This document shows positions 13,831 to 29,619 of a stretch of 64,000 nucleotides of DNA, one piece after another. The stretch spans positions 37,882,001 through 37,946,000 of the forward strand of contig OX597824.1 of NCBI GenBank assembly GCA_951406725.2, in the 5' to 3' direction. The stretch's first letter is position 1. Every line of letters starts with the position of its first letter. The stretch comes from Octopus vulgaris. Lineage: Eukaryota. A program made the position numbers and the translations under genes. The notes under the pieces were generated by a model that ran no database searches, was not told the origin of the DNA, and was given only the letters and a program-made list of their open reading frames with translations.

Positions 13831-14280
13831 CACTCTCTTTTCCTTCCTTCGTCTCTCTCTCTCTCCTTCTTCCTACTCTCTTTTCCTCCTTCCGTCTCTC
13901 TCTCTCTCCCTCTTCCCACTTTCTTTTCTTCCCTCCGTCTCTCTCTCCCTCTCTCTCTCTCTGTATGCAAACATACAGTTTTTGCAAAACATTCTTGGTG
14001 CGGTCACAATATTTGAAAAAAGATTTTCTTAACTTAAAAATTATTAATTAGATAAAAATCATCTTTTAAAAATAAAAACCAGAATGACACGAATCTCTAG
14101 GAAGGAGATTTTTGTATTGCGTTAAACGCTTTCATTGTTCATAGCTTTTCAAATTCACTGTCATGGAGTGATCCGCATAGAGGGAGCGACTGTTATACGG
14201 ATTACCACATAAAACGTGTGTCTACGAAATGTTAGAAAGAAAGGTGAGTGTCTTCGTTGTTCACAGTGTTTTAGACACAC

Positions 14281-14319
<39 letters not shown>

Positions 14320-14339
14320 GAGAGAGAGAGAGAGAGAGA

Positions 14340-14552
14340 GGGAAGTTTACTAAAATAAACAAAAGACGAAGGCAGGTGGAGTACAAACAAACAAATGTAT
14401 TAGTATAGCGCTCAGGAATAGAAAAAGTCTTTTACGTTTCGAGCCTACGCTCTTCGACAGAAAGATACAAGAAAAAAACAAGAAGAGAAACAAGGAGAGA
14501 AAAAAATGCATGTAGGAGCTAACGATCTATCATGGCGTCCTGACTTCGGACA

Positions 14553-14553
<1 letters not shown>
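14340..14553 (-). mobile_element. Short non-coding repeat carrying a hammerhead-like motif (14428-14465); second copy at about 20376-20548
   Basis: Minus strand TCTTT CTGTCGA-A GAGC gtag GCTC GAAA CG TA AAAGA. The second copy (20458-20496) reads TTT CTATGGA-A GAGCgtagGCTC GAAA CG TT AAAGA. Both are flanked by microsatellites. Confidence 0.7.
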
Positions 14554-14629
<76 letters not shown>

Positions 14630-14697
14630 CAGATAGATAGATAAATAGATAGATAGATGGATAGATGGATAGATAGACAGACAGTCAGATACATACA

Positions 14698-14730
<33 letters not shown>

Positions 14731-15333
14731 GTGAGTGTGTGCGCGCGCGCGTGTAATAGCAATTTCATTCAGGTGTTACCCTGAAGTTTACTGTTTTAAG
14801 CTCTTCAAAGAGTTCATGCTATTGGATATGATTATAAATCAGAGATCGTGCCTTTACAGATTATTTCTTCAAAATTCCATAATATGCGTAGAATTAATAT
14901 ATAACAAGGAAGGCCTTTACTCTGCATTTATCATTTTGTTGTTGTTTTTTCGTTCTTAGTTTTACTTGTGATATATTAACAAACCTACTGGCTATGGGTA
15001 TAAATTCGTGATAATATATATCTGTAGCAAATATATTTTATATAGCATTCTGATGAGCTGATTTACGATTGCATCGATATAATGATACACTTTGAGTCGT
15101 CAGTTGCATATATTATATAATAATGGAACAATACTCTTCAGCTCAAATGTTGGTAAAACGATTGTAAATTCATGTAATAAAACAATTTGCTTACTCTACT
15201 CTCCGTGTTAAAAATTATACAAACACACATACATACATACGTACATACATACATACATACATACATACATACATACATACATACATACATACATACATGC
15301 ATGCATACATACATACATACATATATACATACA

Positions 15334-15366
<33 letters not shown>

Positions 15367-15746
15367 GGGAATGGCTGTGTAGTAAGAAGCTTGTTTCCCA
15401 ACCACATGGTTCCGGGTTCAATCCCACTGTGTAGCACCTTGGACAAGTGTCTTCTACTATCATCGGCAAGGGTCGACCAAAGCCTTGTGAAAGGATTTGG
15501 TAGACGGAAACTGAAAGAAGCCGGTCGTATGTATATATATATCTTATCGGATAAATGTATGTTCGTCCATTAATTGGAATTTTTTTCTTAGATTTCAAAT
15601 TTCTTTTCTCCATACTCTACTTTTGAATTTTTTTTAAAAATTCCTATAGGTATGAAAGCTTATATTGAAATATAGAGAGAGGCGCAGGAGTGGCTGTGTG
15701 CTAAGTAGCTTGCTTACCAACCACATGGTTCCGGGTTCAGTCCCGT

Positions 15747-15809
<63 letters not shown>

Positions 15810-15961
15810 CGGTCTATTTTGCGGTTCGGCAAAATAGACCGATAGAATAAGTACTAGACTTACAATAAGTTCTGGGGTCGATTTGCTCGACTAAATGTGG
15901 TGCCCCTGCATGGCCGCAGTCAAATGACAGAAACAAGTAAAAGAATAAAATACATACATAC

Positions 15962-16032
<71 letters not shown>

Positions 16033-16195
16033 CATACATATAACTTTGCACATCCAACTTCACTTAGATATGTTGTTTTGAACACCATAACCTGCAGTAA
16101 TCGTACTGAGATATCATCTCGAATAAACATTAAGTGATAAAACAAGGCACGGATTATACTGGCAGGTGAAATTTCGTCAGCACCGGCGAATGGAA

Positions 16196-16243
16196 CTGTT
16201 GCATCCCGTGATTTCAGCGAAATTTGCGCTTCATCAGCAACAG
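16196..16243 (-). ncRNA. Type I hammerhead ribozyme-like motif with G at the cleavage position
   Basis: CTGTTG CTGATGA AGCG caaattt CGCT GAAA TC acgg GA TG CAACAG: canonical core and three stems, but the triplet is AUG (G17). Confidence 0.7.
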
Positions 16244-17737
16244 ATACCCTACCATCGTGTGCCAGAATGAAATTCTGTCAAACTGTTGGATGAGCAAATT
16301 AATATTCGTTAGACACTTTTATTATATTTACTTTATATTTTTATATTACAAGTAAACGTCATTTTTTTAATTCAAAGAAGGAAGTTGTTTCCCCATTAAT
16401 TTTCAGTCAAAGTACGCTTTCATTGAATACCGATTTCAACGAAATAAATAATTATCGGGAGTATCTGCATCCACCACAAAATAAAGCTGCTTAAGGAAGT
16501 TCAGTTCTGATTCTCAGTTGGAAGTTTTTCGTTTCTCACTGGCAGAAACGTTAGCGCGCCGGGCGAAATGCTTAGCGGTATTTCGTCTGCCGCTACGCTC
16601 TTAGTTCAAATTCCGCCGAGGTCAACTTTGCCTTTCATCCTTTCGGGGTGGATTAAATAAGTACCAGTTACGCACTGGAGTCGATATAATCGACTTCATC
16701 CGTTTGTCTGTCCTTGTTTGTCCCCTCTGAGTGTAGCTCCTTGTGGGCAGTAAAGAAATAGGTATTTCGTATGCCGTTACGTTTTGAGTTCAAATTCCGC
16801 CGAGGTCGACTTTGCCTTTCATCTTTTGGGATCGATAAATAAAGTACCAGTTACGCACTGGGGTCGATGTAATCGACTTAATCCCTTTGTCTGTCTGTTT
16901 GTCCCCTTTATGTTTAGCCCCTGGTGGGCAATAAAGAAATATATATCCTTGAGAATTCCATAAATGTCACAGAATCACTATGTTCTTTTTAAAATAAGTC
17001 AAGACTAACTTTGTCTTCTATTAATTGATGTCTGACATTTGACAGAGTCAGCAGTTGATAGAGGATTATGAAAAGAAAATGTATTACATTTATGATGGCG
17101 AATCGAATAGTTTTAAAACTCTTTCCTTATTATGTAAACATTTTATGGAGGAAACTGTCTTCGGAGGATGTGCCAACTATCCATGTTTCGAAGCCTTCTG
17201 ATTTTACACTGGGCTTGCTTTTAGGAAAAATATATTTAGGACTAAAGTTCAAATTTTGTGCAATTACTCAGACAGTTCATTAATATTTAACAATCATTTA
17301 TTTTCAAAAATTAAAATGGCGACATATTTAATTATATTCATAGTTCTAGAGTTTGTCTAATGTTTTTTGTCGGAATGGAGGGTCTTTTTATTTTAACCAT
17401 TTTATTTGAAAGACATGATTTTTAAGACATCATTTTTAACAACGAAGTCAAAACTATGTCTTCGATGCATCTCAGTATCGATCGCATACTTTTCATTTGA
17501 TTTCCCTTCTAAAAATAACAAATACACATTCAAAATTATGTCCAAAGCATAATGAACATCTCGTTTGGTATACATTATCTTATCGATCTCATCTCCTTAA
17601 AAATCATCATTCATTGAGAAGAAAAAAGGTGCGTTATATATCAGCTTCATTCCCGGCAAAGCTTCCAATTGTCTCTCAGATATTACAGAATAGAAAATAG
17701 ATTTTCGGCTGAATATTATAAGTATATACCTCTGTAT

Positions 17738-18127
17738 GGATGGATGGAAGCACTCCGTCGGTTCCGACGACGAGGGTTCCGGTTGATCCGATCAACGGAA
17801 CAGCCTGCTCATGAAATTAACGTGTAAGTGGCCGAGCACTCCACAAACACGTGTACCCTTAACATAGTTCTCGGGGATATTCAGCGTGACACAGAGAGCG
17901 ACAAGACCGGCCCTTTGAAATACAGGTACAACAGAAACAGGAAGTAAGAGTGAGAGAAAGTTGTGGTGAAAGAGTACAGCAGGGATCACCACCATCCCTG
18001 CCGGAACCTCGTGGAGCTTTAGGTGTTTTCGCTCAATAAACACTCACAACGCCCGGTCTGGGAATCGAAACCGCGATCCTACGACCGCGAGTCCGCTGCC
18101 CTAACCACTGGGCCATTGCGCCTCCAC
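17738..18127 (-). mobile_element. tRNA(Arg-like)-derived SINE, family C
   Basis: Head GGAGGCGCAATGGCCCAGTGGTTAGGGCAGCGGACTCGCG...GGTTTCGATTCC with A and B boxes; TSD ATACCTCTGTAT on both sides. Related copies near 12480-12945(-), 36640-36935(-), 50183-50470(+); tail fragments near 32900, 37320, 61760 and 62315. Confidence 0.85.
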
Positions 18128-19641
18128 ACATACCTCTGTATAACGGTTATATGTATACAGTTGTTTATTTATGTGTATGTGTGATTATTTGTGTGTATGT
18201 ATGTACATAAAATATATCTTTTAATTATACAATATTTTAGGGAAAGACATGTCCAGTAGAAGCATGCAAGAAATGGATTTTGAAACGATAAATCAGTTTT
18301 CTCTCAAAATATCACTTAAATTGACTGGATTCTAATTTGATCTATTATGAATATACACATGTTGTAGTGAAAAAAATTGCACTTTCTTGCATTCTCTATT
18401 TCCATTAAGAACACACAAATCACATTTTGTTACTTTTTTAAGTGATGATCATTATAGAATACCTATCAGGAATAACTAGTTAAAGGTAAGGGTTGCAAAA
18501 TGGTGATAAGTTTTCAGTAACAATATTGGTTCGATTTTCGTTGGATCCATTTCAATTCCAGTGTTTTTTTTGTTTTTTTTTGTTAATGTGAGTCGCAGTT
18601 GCAAATTGAGGAAATATGGTGGAGTTCCGGTTGGATCCTGAAAATGTACGTACCTTCTATGCTTCCATACTCTTGATATTTAAATTGAAAACGAAATCAT
18701 TTAAGAGACGATAGAATATCTTTAACAAGTAAATTACATTTCTTCTTTTCCAAAGGCTTCAGAAGACAGTGATGAGGAATTTATCCATTTCTAAACAACA
18801 AAAATATAAAATCAGCGATTTTATGCTTGATTGTGTGTGTGCGTGTGTACGTGTGTGTACGTGTGTGTGTGTGTGTGTGTGTGTGCGTGTGTGTGTGTGT
18901 GTGCGTGCGTGCGTGCATACATACATACATACATACATATATACATACATACATACATATGTACATACGTACATATATACATACATACATACATACATAC
19001 ATACATACATACATACATACATACATACATACATACATACATACATACGTACGTACATACATGCATACATAGATATGGTTATCTTCTTTAAGTAAATGTA
19101 AAGAATTACACTCATTGCAGCAATCAAACTGTGAGATACATACTGCGTAGAAAAGTATTCTGCTTACACCATGGTGACAAAAGAAATCGAAGTCAGCTAT
19201 TGCAGATCATGAAATTATCGAGAAAAATTCTAGTGAACTTTAGAAGTGAACCAAGGCCTATACCAGTTCTACAGAAATGCTTGTGAAGATCCCTTGATAG
19301 ACTACATGAAAAGGCTTAAAGAATATTAGGATAAGAAATAACCAACGTTCTCAAAATTTTCAGGAAAACTACGCCATACATACATACACACATACATGCA
19401 TACATGCGTGCATGCATGCATACGTACATACTTACATACATGCATGCATACGTACATACATGGATACACACATGCATGCAAGGATACATATATACAAACA
19501 TTCATGCATGCATGCATGCATACGTACATGCATGCATACATACATATATACGTATATGCATACATACATACATACACACATGCACACATAACATACATAA
19601 CATAATACATACATGTATACATACATACATACATACATACA

Positions 19642-19672
<31 letters not shown>

Positions 19673-19773
19673 CTGCGTCAGCGAGACTTTGAATATAGAA
19701 TTGAGTCAACTGGTAATTAAATATTTAGAACTCTGAATGCCATTTTCTTCCGTTTATTCACATCTCTTACCCC

Positions 19774-19874
<101 letters not shown>

Positions 19875-20694
19875 ATAAACATCTACACACAAACGCACAC
19901 AATTATATCATTGTCCGTGCTGGGGCGGGGAAAATGAGTGAGATATTGTCATGTTCTTGCGTTTGAAAAAACTTTTGGCTTGAAACTTTTTAGCGATTTC
20001 AAACTTGTTTGCAAGAAATTACTAATTCTGAGTTCCGATTCAGTATTTAGTTCTTAAATATGAGACAATCGTAGGATTCATCGGTTCATAATTAGCATGG
20101 TTTATTGTTTCCTTGGTATGGTTGTGTGTGTGACAATATTTTCCTGTTAATGCTAAATGGAGTATTACTTGACTTTAGCGGCTAAATATGCTTTGACAGT
20201 GACATGTTAGTTTTTTCCTGTTGCGAAAAATATTGTCTGTTGGTTGTATCGTGTCTAGAACATGTTTACTGCAGGTTCTTTTCATGTGGATGTTGTTGGT
20301 GTTGTATTGTTCGTAGTTACAGCTACGCTATAGATAACATTCCTTGTGGGAGATGTATATATATATATATATATAGGGGGTGGAATTCACAAAAAAAGAC
20401 AAAGACAGGTGGTGTAGACAACAGATGTATTAGTATAACGCTCGAGAAGTGAAAAGGTCTTTAACGTTTCGAGCCTACGCTCTTCCATAGAAAAGAAAAC
20501 AGAAAGTAACAAGGAGAGAAAATAATGAATGTGTAGTGGCTAGTGACACATGTGTATGTGTGTGTGCGTACGTGTATGTATATGTATACATGTGTGCATA
20601 TGAAGATTCTATAAACGAAGTTTTACTTTCCCCAGGCCTATTGGAGTAATTTCTCTTTTTTCAATAGTTTATTTCATAGCGTTTTTGTTTGTCT

Positions 20695-20757
20695 TAATAA
20701 CTAATGAGATGCCGAAGCAGACTTCAGCCCTGGCATCCGAAACTCTGAGTTTTATTA
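20695..20757 (+). ncRNA. Type I hammerhead-like motif (G5A) in a short repeat; inverted homolog at about 26285-26385
   Basis: TAATAA CTAATGA GATGCC...GGCATC C GAAA CTCtGAG TT TTATTA. The downstream tail (20770-20860) is homologous to 26386-26475. Confidence 0.65.
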
Positions 20758-20870
20758 TGACAACCAACTAATTGTCACATGTTATATTTATAGATAAATT
20801 CCTCTATTTTACATAATATCGAGGCCTCATTTATTCTTTTGTTGTCATATTATTATTAATATATATATAT

Positions 20871-22242
<1,372 letters not shown>

Positions 22243-22332
22243 TATATCATGTAACCGATCTGGGTATCAGATGTTGTTACACATCTCTAGTTACAATGCG
22301 CTTTTTGCATAGTTTTAGCTCTCAAATGACGC

Positions 22333-22392
<60 letters not shown>

Positions 22393-22529
22393 CATACACA
22401 CACACACATATAGTAATCTTTCTATCCAACTAAACATAGATGGTTTGTTAGAACAACGAATTCTGCGTTATTAGCCTCGAGATATCCTCTCATTCAGGAG
22501 CCAATAATTAATATATATATAAATATTAT

Positions 22530-22606
<77 letters not shown>

Positions 22607-22705
22607 TGTATGTATCTATGTATATACACACACACGTATAAATATTATGATATATAATAGATAATCTATATATAATATATGTAACATGCATTTAGATAAT
22701 GTATC

Positions 22706-22749
<44 letters not shown>

Positions 22750-23165
22750 GACCCATCGAGGCTTGTTGTCACTCATGATCGACTATTACACTGCATCCAC
22801 ATAATCAAAGACATTCCAATGCCAAAATCTTCATTGACAGCAACATCGATATCCTCACAGGAAACATTATCTACAATGGAATGCTGGTGGTAAGTGTAGT
22901 TACTGTAAGACATTGGATTGGTTTTCATAGAATTAAGGTTATATTTTCGAAAACCTGGCCACCGTGATTGTTGAAAAACTTAATATTTTCCTATGAAATA
23001 GGAAGAAGAGTGCACGTTTTATTACAATTATATTAAAAGTGTGCGTGTATTTTGGTACAATAACAAACATTTACTAACGGATCAATAACAATGGTTTTCA
23101 GAAAAATCAACGAGATTTGAGGGTCAACATGCATAACAATTTCAATTTTCAACAACTGTAGGTGA
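22750..23165 (+). mobile_element. Helitron-derived fragment (helicase 3' end and downstream sequence)
   Basis: Homologous in reverse orientation to 27570-28030, which lies in the Pif1-like helicase fossil. Confidence 0.55.
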
Positions 23166-23555
23166 AGACGTGGCTGTGGGCAAGAGTCTTCTATCATAGC
23201 CTCGAGTCGACCAAAGCCTTGAGTGGATTTGGTAGATAGAAACCGAAAGAGCCAGTCGTGTGTGTGTGTGTATGTGTGTGTGTGTGTGGCTTTGTCTCCC
23301 ACCACTACTTGACAACCGGTGTTGATGTGTTTATGTCCCCGTAACTTATCGGTTCGGCAAAAAGAGACCGATAGAATAAGAACCAGGCTTAATAAGAAAT
23401 AAGTACTGAGGTCGATTCGTTCGACTCAAGAATTTTTCAAGGCGATGTCCCAGCATGGCCGCAAGTAAAAGATAAAACATAATGGATAACTTATATATAT
23501 ATTTATATATTCTATTATTTGTCTCAGATATGTGGCTGCGGTCATGCTGGAACTC

Positions 23556-23892
23556 TACCGTGATTTTGCACCGTTACTCATGATTTTCCTTAGGCTGATT
23601 TCCTCAGGCTGGTGGGGTTTCATACCACCACCCCTGTCTGTGCTTTTGTCCCGGCCGTTGACCATATGATGTATGAGGGAGTTTGGCTTCGCTGACCTCG
23701 TCTGTAACTCATGTCGGTCCGTCGGTTCATCCGGTACTGTGGAGAGGCGAATGTCTAGTTCCTTTTTGAAGACATCTATGTCCACAATGTATAGGTCTCT
23801 CAATTTTTGTGGCAGGGTATTGAACAGCTGTACGCCTTTGAACCCTAAGCTATTGCAGTACCCGGTCCTGAATATAGATGGAGTGGACGGTA
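23556..23892 (-). mobile_element. 3' end of a CR1/L2-group LINE
   Basis: GYCNSLGFKGVQLFNTLPQKLRDL...VFKKELDIRLSTVPDEP, a typical ORF2 C-terminus. Confidence 0.7.
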
Positions 23893-25009
23893 CCTTTTAT
23901 GCATTTGTGTACATTTAAACTAATTAAACATTATTTTACAGGATAATGGAATTAAAATTTCTTTGATTGAAACCCGTTCTAATATGGAAGTATCCAAAGA
24001 GCATTTGAGGCACATAATGCTTTATGAGTACAAAAAAGGAAACTCTGCAGCCGAAGCGACTCGAAACATACACTAAGTTTATGGGAAAGAATGCTTGAAT
24101 GAAAGAACTTGCAGAAGATGGTTTGCAAAATTCAGAAGTGGAGATTTCAGCCTTAAAGATGAAGATCGAACAGGACGTCCGGTTGAATTTGATTATAAGC
24201 TCCTTGAGGCATCACTTGAAGAAAATCCTGTTGAAGAATTGGCAATAAAGCTTAGTTCAAACCATTCAACTGTTCATCGTCAACTTCAACAACGTGGAAA
24301 GGTTCCTAAACTTGGAAAATTGGTGCCTCATGAATTGTCCGAAAGTATCGCAAATCCCGAGTTGACATCTGCTCTTCTCTCCATTCTCGTGAACTCATTT
24401 CATCCATTTTGGATAGACTTGTGACTGGTGACGAAAAATGGATCTTCTATGGAAATGTTAAACGTCGTAAACAGTGGCTTGGTAAAAGGGAAAAAAGCTC
24501 ATCCACAACAGAGAAGGGAACTTCATGGAAAAAAAGGTTCTTCTCTCTATCTGGTGGGTTTGCAAAGGAGTAATTCACATTGAATTGTTACCACCTAATG
24601 CAACAATCAATGCTCAAGTCTACTGTCAGCAATTTGAAGGGAAAAAGACCCGCTTAGTGAATCGAAAAGATCACATCACAGAAGTTCGAAGATCTTGGTT
24701 GGGAAAAAATTCCTCATCTACCTTATTCTCCAGACCTTGCTCCTTCAGACTACCATTTGTTTCGTAGTTTACAGAATCACTTGGGATACATAACTTTCAC
24801 AAGCCAGGAGGAGGTCGAAACTGACATTGCAGAGTTCTTCGCTTTGAAACTAAAAGAGTTTTACATTGATGGGATTAAAAAGCTTGTAAATAGATGGAAG
24901 GAAGTCATAGATAATCAGGGAAAGTTCATTGAAGATTAAATTTCAATTAAATATAACATTTGATCACTTGTTTTCTTTATTCAAAATTCGGACAGAACTT
25001 ATGGGATAA

Positions 25010-25013
<4 letters not shown>
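23893..25013 (+). mobile_element. mariner (Mos1-like) transposase pseudogene, left end truncated
   Basis: MEVSKEHLRHIMLYEYKKG...RRWFAKFRSGDFSLKDEDRTGRP, LVPHELS, VTGDEKWI, PYSPDLAPSDYHLFRSLQN; right end ...GGACAGAACTTATGGGATAACC followed by (TA)n. Confidence 0.9.
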
Positions 25014-25081
<68 letters not shown>

Positions 25082-26087
25082 TATATACATAGAGAGAGAG
25101 AGAGAGTAAGAGAGAGTGATGTCATGTGAAAGAATTTATAATCGAATTCAAAGTAAATTGTTGGAGTAGCTGACATCGCAAAAATTTCTATAGAAGCAAA
25201 AGTAAGTTTCCAGTATTTGTTTAAGACGAAACCTTTTCCTTAACATCCTTAAATTATTCAATATGTTTTTCTTTTCTCATACATACAGAATTACGTTTGT
25301 AGCTACCGACTGATATCAGTTTCGACAAGCAAATCGAATTCTCTGGTTAAAGTCAGATTGAAGTCTCTTTACAGAGAGAGAATGAGTGATAAGTAAACTA
25401 CTACGATATTTATAGATTCCACGTTGAGTCAGTAGGCATCTGACATCGGTAAGGAACAGAAACTTCCAAAGTAAAGCTTCTATTCATTCTTAAAGTAAAT
25501 CAAGTTACAACAGACATCAAAACAACAGGCTGCTGTTAAAATTCAAAATGAAATTTCAACGAACCATTGTGATTATTGATCTATAGATTGTGGATAGAAT
25601 TTACAATCGAACTGAGAATAAATTCATATATGTATGCATGTACATGTGTGTTAGCGCACACGCACATGTGTGCATATATATATGTGTGTGTATATGTATG
25701 TGTGTGTGTGTGTGTGTGTGTGTTTGTGTGGATTCTTTTGTTCTTAGTCTTTGTAAGACTAGTACTTACTCTCTCGGTCGCTTTCACCGAACCTTAAACT
25801 TATGGGGATGTAAACACACCAACATCGGTGGTCAAGCGATGGTGGTGGGGAGACAAACACAGACGCAACGACACGCACACATAAATACATACATACATAT
25901 ATATAGATATATACATATATATGACGAGCTTCTTTCCGTTTCGGTCTACCAAATCCATTCACAGGGCTCTGGTCGGTCCAAGGCTATATTAGTAGAAAAC
26001 ACTTGCCCAAGGTGCCAGCGGTAAGACTGAACCCAAACCCATTTGGTTGAGAAGCAAGCTTCTTACCACACAACCGCGCTTATAATA

Positions 26088-26122
<35 letters not shown>

Positions 26123-27059
26123 ATGTATGTATGTATGTATGTATGTATGTATATACATATATTCATATATATGTACACACAAAGAGTTAACCGATATGGA
26201 AGGGAATATGGTGACTGTTCTCTACTGTCAGAGATGGAATCTACCTCTGACAACAGAGATCAGTCGCTATATTCCCTTCCATATCGGCTAACTCTGATGA
26301 GTTATATGTCGGGGCGGAAACCTGCTCCGGCATCTCGTCAGTTATCGAGGCAATCCAAAAATACTATGAAAATATGGTAACCGAATAATTGTCACATATT
26401 ATATTACAGATAAATTCCACTATTTATATAATATCGAGGTCTCATTCATTCTTTTGTTGTCTTATCATTACTATTAAAATATATATATAAATATATATAT
26501 AAGGCGCAGGAGTGGCTGTGTGGTAAGTAGCTTGCTAACCAACCACATAGTTCCGGGTTCAGTCCCACTTCATCTTGGGCAAGTGTCTTCTGCTATAGCC
26601 ACGGGCCGACCAATGCCTTGTGAGTGGATTTGGTAGACGGAAACTGAAAGAAGCCTGTCGTATATATGTATATATTTATATATATGTGTGTGTGTATGTG
26701 TTTGTGTGTTTGTCCCTTTAGCATTGCTTGACAAAAGAGACCGATAGAATAAGTACTGGGCTTACAAAGAATAAGTCCCGGGGTCGAGTTGCTCGATTAA
26801 AAGGCGGTGCTCCAGCATGGCCGCAGTCAAATGACTGAAACAAGTAAAAGAGTAAAAGAGAATATGAATGTATGTTTATATGCATATATACATATATGTG
26901 TATATATTTTAGAGAAACCGACTGGTAAGATCAGCCGTGATGGATATTTAATACTATACATTTCGGATAATATATATATGTATGTATATACATATATATA
27001 TTGCATATTGCATATATTTGTGTCCATATATATATACATACCTACATAAATATATATGC

Positions 27060-27142
<83 letters not shown>

Positions 27143-27482
27143 TTATTTAAAGGGAAAAAATTGATGGGTTTTTTTCTCTTATGAGGTTTTTCACGCTAAC
27201 TACTTGATAAATTCTTATGAAGATTTTATCCTATTTTTAAATTGTGTATATATATATATCTTCCCTTCTTTCCTGAGCATCCAATAATTCTTTATTTGTT
27301 CCACATCCTTGCGTTGTTGTTTTTTTGTTTTTGTTTTCTTGTTTGGATTAACTTTATATATATATATATATACATACACACATACATGCATATGTATATA
27401 TACATATACACGCGCGCGAACGCGCACACACACACACACACGTACGTACGTACGTATATGTGTATGTTTGTATGTATGTATG

Positions 27483-27514
<32 letters not shown>

Positions 27515-27569
27515 CATGCATGCCCGCAGTATTGTCTATGACAAAGAAATATTCCATGTAAAACGATAT

Positions 27570-28330
27570 TTTAGTTGTTGAAAATTGAAGTTGTTATGCA
27601 TTATTGACTCTTCAGATATCGCAGATTATTTCTGGAAACAAATGTTGTTAGTCCGTTAGTAATTGTTTGTAGCTGTTCCTAAATGCTTGCAGAATTTTAA
27701 TATAATTTTTGATACAAGGCAGACTATTTCAATTTTGTAGGAAAATGTTGATTTTTATTTGATCATAGCGATGGTAGCTTAGAAACATTCAAAGCTGCAT
27801 CAATCTAAATCTTATGCTAAATGTCATGTGACAATGTGAAAAAAAAAAAAGAAACAAGAAAAAAATTATATCTGATTTTCGAGAATGAAATTTCATTTCA
27901 ATAAAAATAGGCCAAATAATCTACAGTAACTTCATTTATCTCCTACAGTTTATTGTCGACAATATTTTCTGTGAGACCATCGGTATTACTGGCAAGGAAG
28001 ACGTTGACATAAGGATATCTTTTGCTCCTGAAAATGCTGTGTATCGTTGGCCATGAGCAAAAACAGGCTTTAGTAAGTAGATCTCAATTTTGTCATTTTC
28101 TAGTCCCGAATCTTTATTTATTGTCACTGCAAGAAAATTGATAGGGAATTGTTACCTGATAATGGGAATAGAAAATTCATTGTTTCTGTCATTGTGAATA
28201 ATATGAGGTAAATAAAATAAAATAAAATAAAAATAACAGAACTTTTCATTGCTCCAACTGTAACTTCACATTCAATTATCATTGTTGTCTTATTTGTTTG
28301 TCGGTTGCCTAAGAACACAACAAAAAAACT
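27570..28330 (-). mobile_element. Helitron Pif1-like helicase fossil
   Basis: MTINKDSG...IYLLKPVFAHGQRYTAFS matches Pif1 motifs TINKSQG...PVFSHGQLYVAFSR. Confidence 0.75.
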
Positions 28331-28619
28331 TTTAGCACCAGTTCATGATAGAGTAGACCAGATGGTGTTATGATATTGAGAAATTCTTTTGGAATGGTAT
28401 CTCTTTACTCTTTTACTTGTTTCAGTCATTTGACTGTGGCCATACTGGAGCACCGCCATTAGTCAAGCTAATCGACCCCAGGACTTATTCTTTGTAAGCT
28501 TAGTACTGATTCTATCGGTCTTTTTGCTGAACCGTTAAGTTACGGGGACGTAAACACACCAGCATCGGTTGTCAAGTGATGTTGGGGGGACGAACACAGA
28601 CACACAAACATATACACAC

Positions 28620-28661
<42 letters not shown>

Positions 28662-28752
28662 ATATGTATATATATGTGTATATATATATATATGTATACA
28701 TATATATCTATATATATGTATGTATGTATATATATATGTGTATATATATATG

Positions 28753-28853
<101 letters not shown>

Positions 28854-29619
28854 GACAGGCTTCTTTCAGTTTCATCTACCAAATCCACTCACAAGGATTT
28901 GGTCGACCCGAGGCTATAGTAGAAAACACTTGGCCAAGGTTCCACGCAGTGGGACTGAACCCGGAACCATGTGGTTGGCAAGCAAGCTACTTACCACACA
29001 GCCACTTCTACGCTTGTGATTGTCTTCTAATATTGAATCAGCATAAGTATATAGGTTTTTTGAGTTACTTGGAAACTCTTTAAGGAGCAGCTTGTTTATT
29101 TCATGTACATCTGATTAAAATAGATAGTTCCATAAGGATTTCACTTCAGGCTCAACCATTTTGTAAGTTTGGGAAAATGTCAGCAATCATGTTTTCTAAC
29201 TTCTGTGATGAGGAGAAGTCTCTGTGGTACTTCTTGTTCAGGCTCAACCCTTCTTCTGCCAAGCTGGATCGAAATTTTTCAAAGCCCTATATCCTTTTTA
29301 TCAGTGCTCATGTTCACTTGGGATTTGTATTGCTTAACATCTGGGACTAAAAGTAAAATTTGAAGACAAGATTTCATAATTTGCAACTGGCCACTCCTTT
29401 CCACTCCTGGTAAATTTTCATAGGTCACCACCAGCGAGGACTAACCCAGGATTCTTATAAATTCATGAGATTTCTTAGATTGCGCTCTACACGTTTAAAT
29501 TTGTATCAGTGTGCGCAGATTTCGTACCAATAATCAGCTTCGTTTGTGAGTTCAGTTTGTCAAGTGGACTTTCAGTTCTGGTGATACGTACATAATTATC
29601 AACGATGCCTATAAGTATT

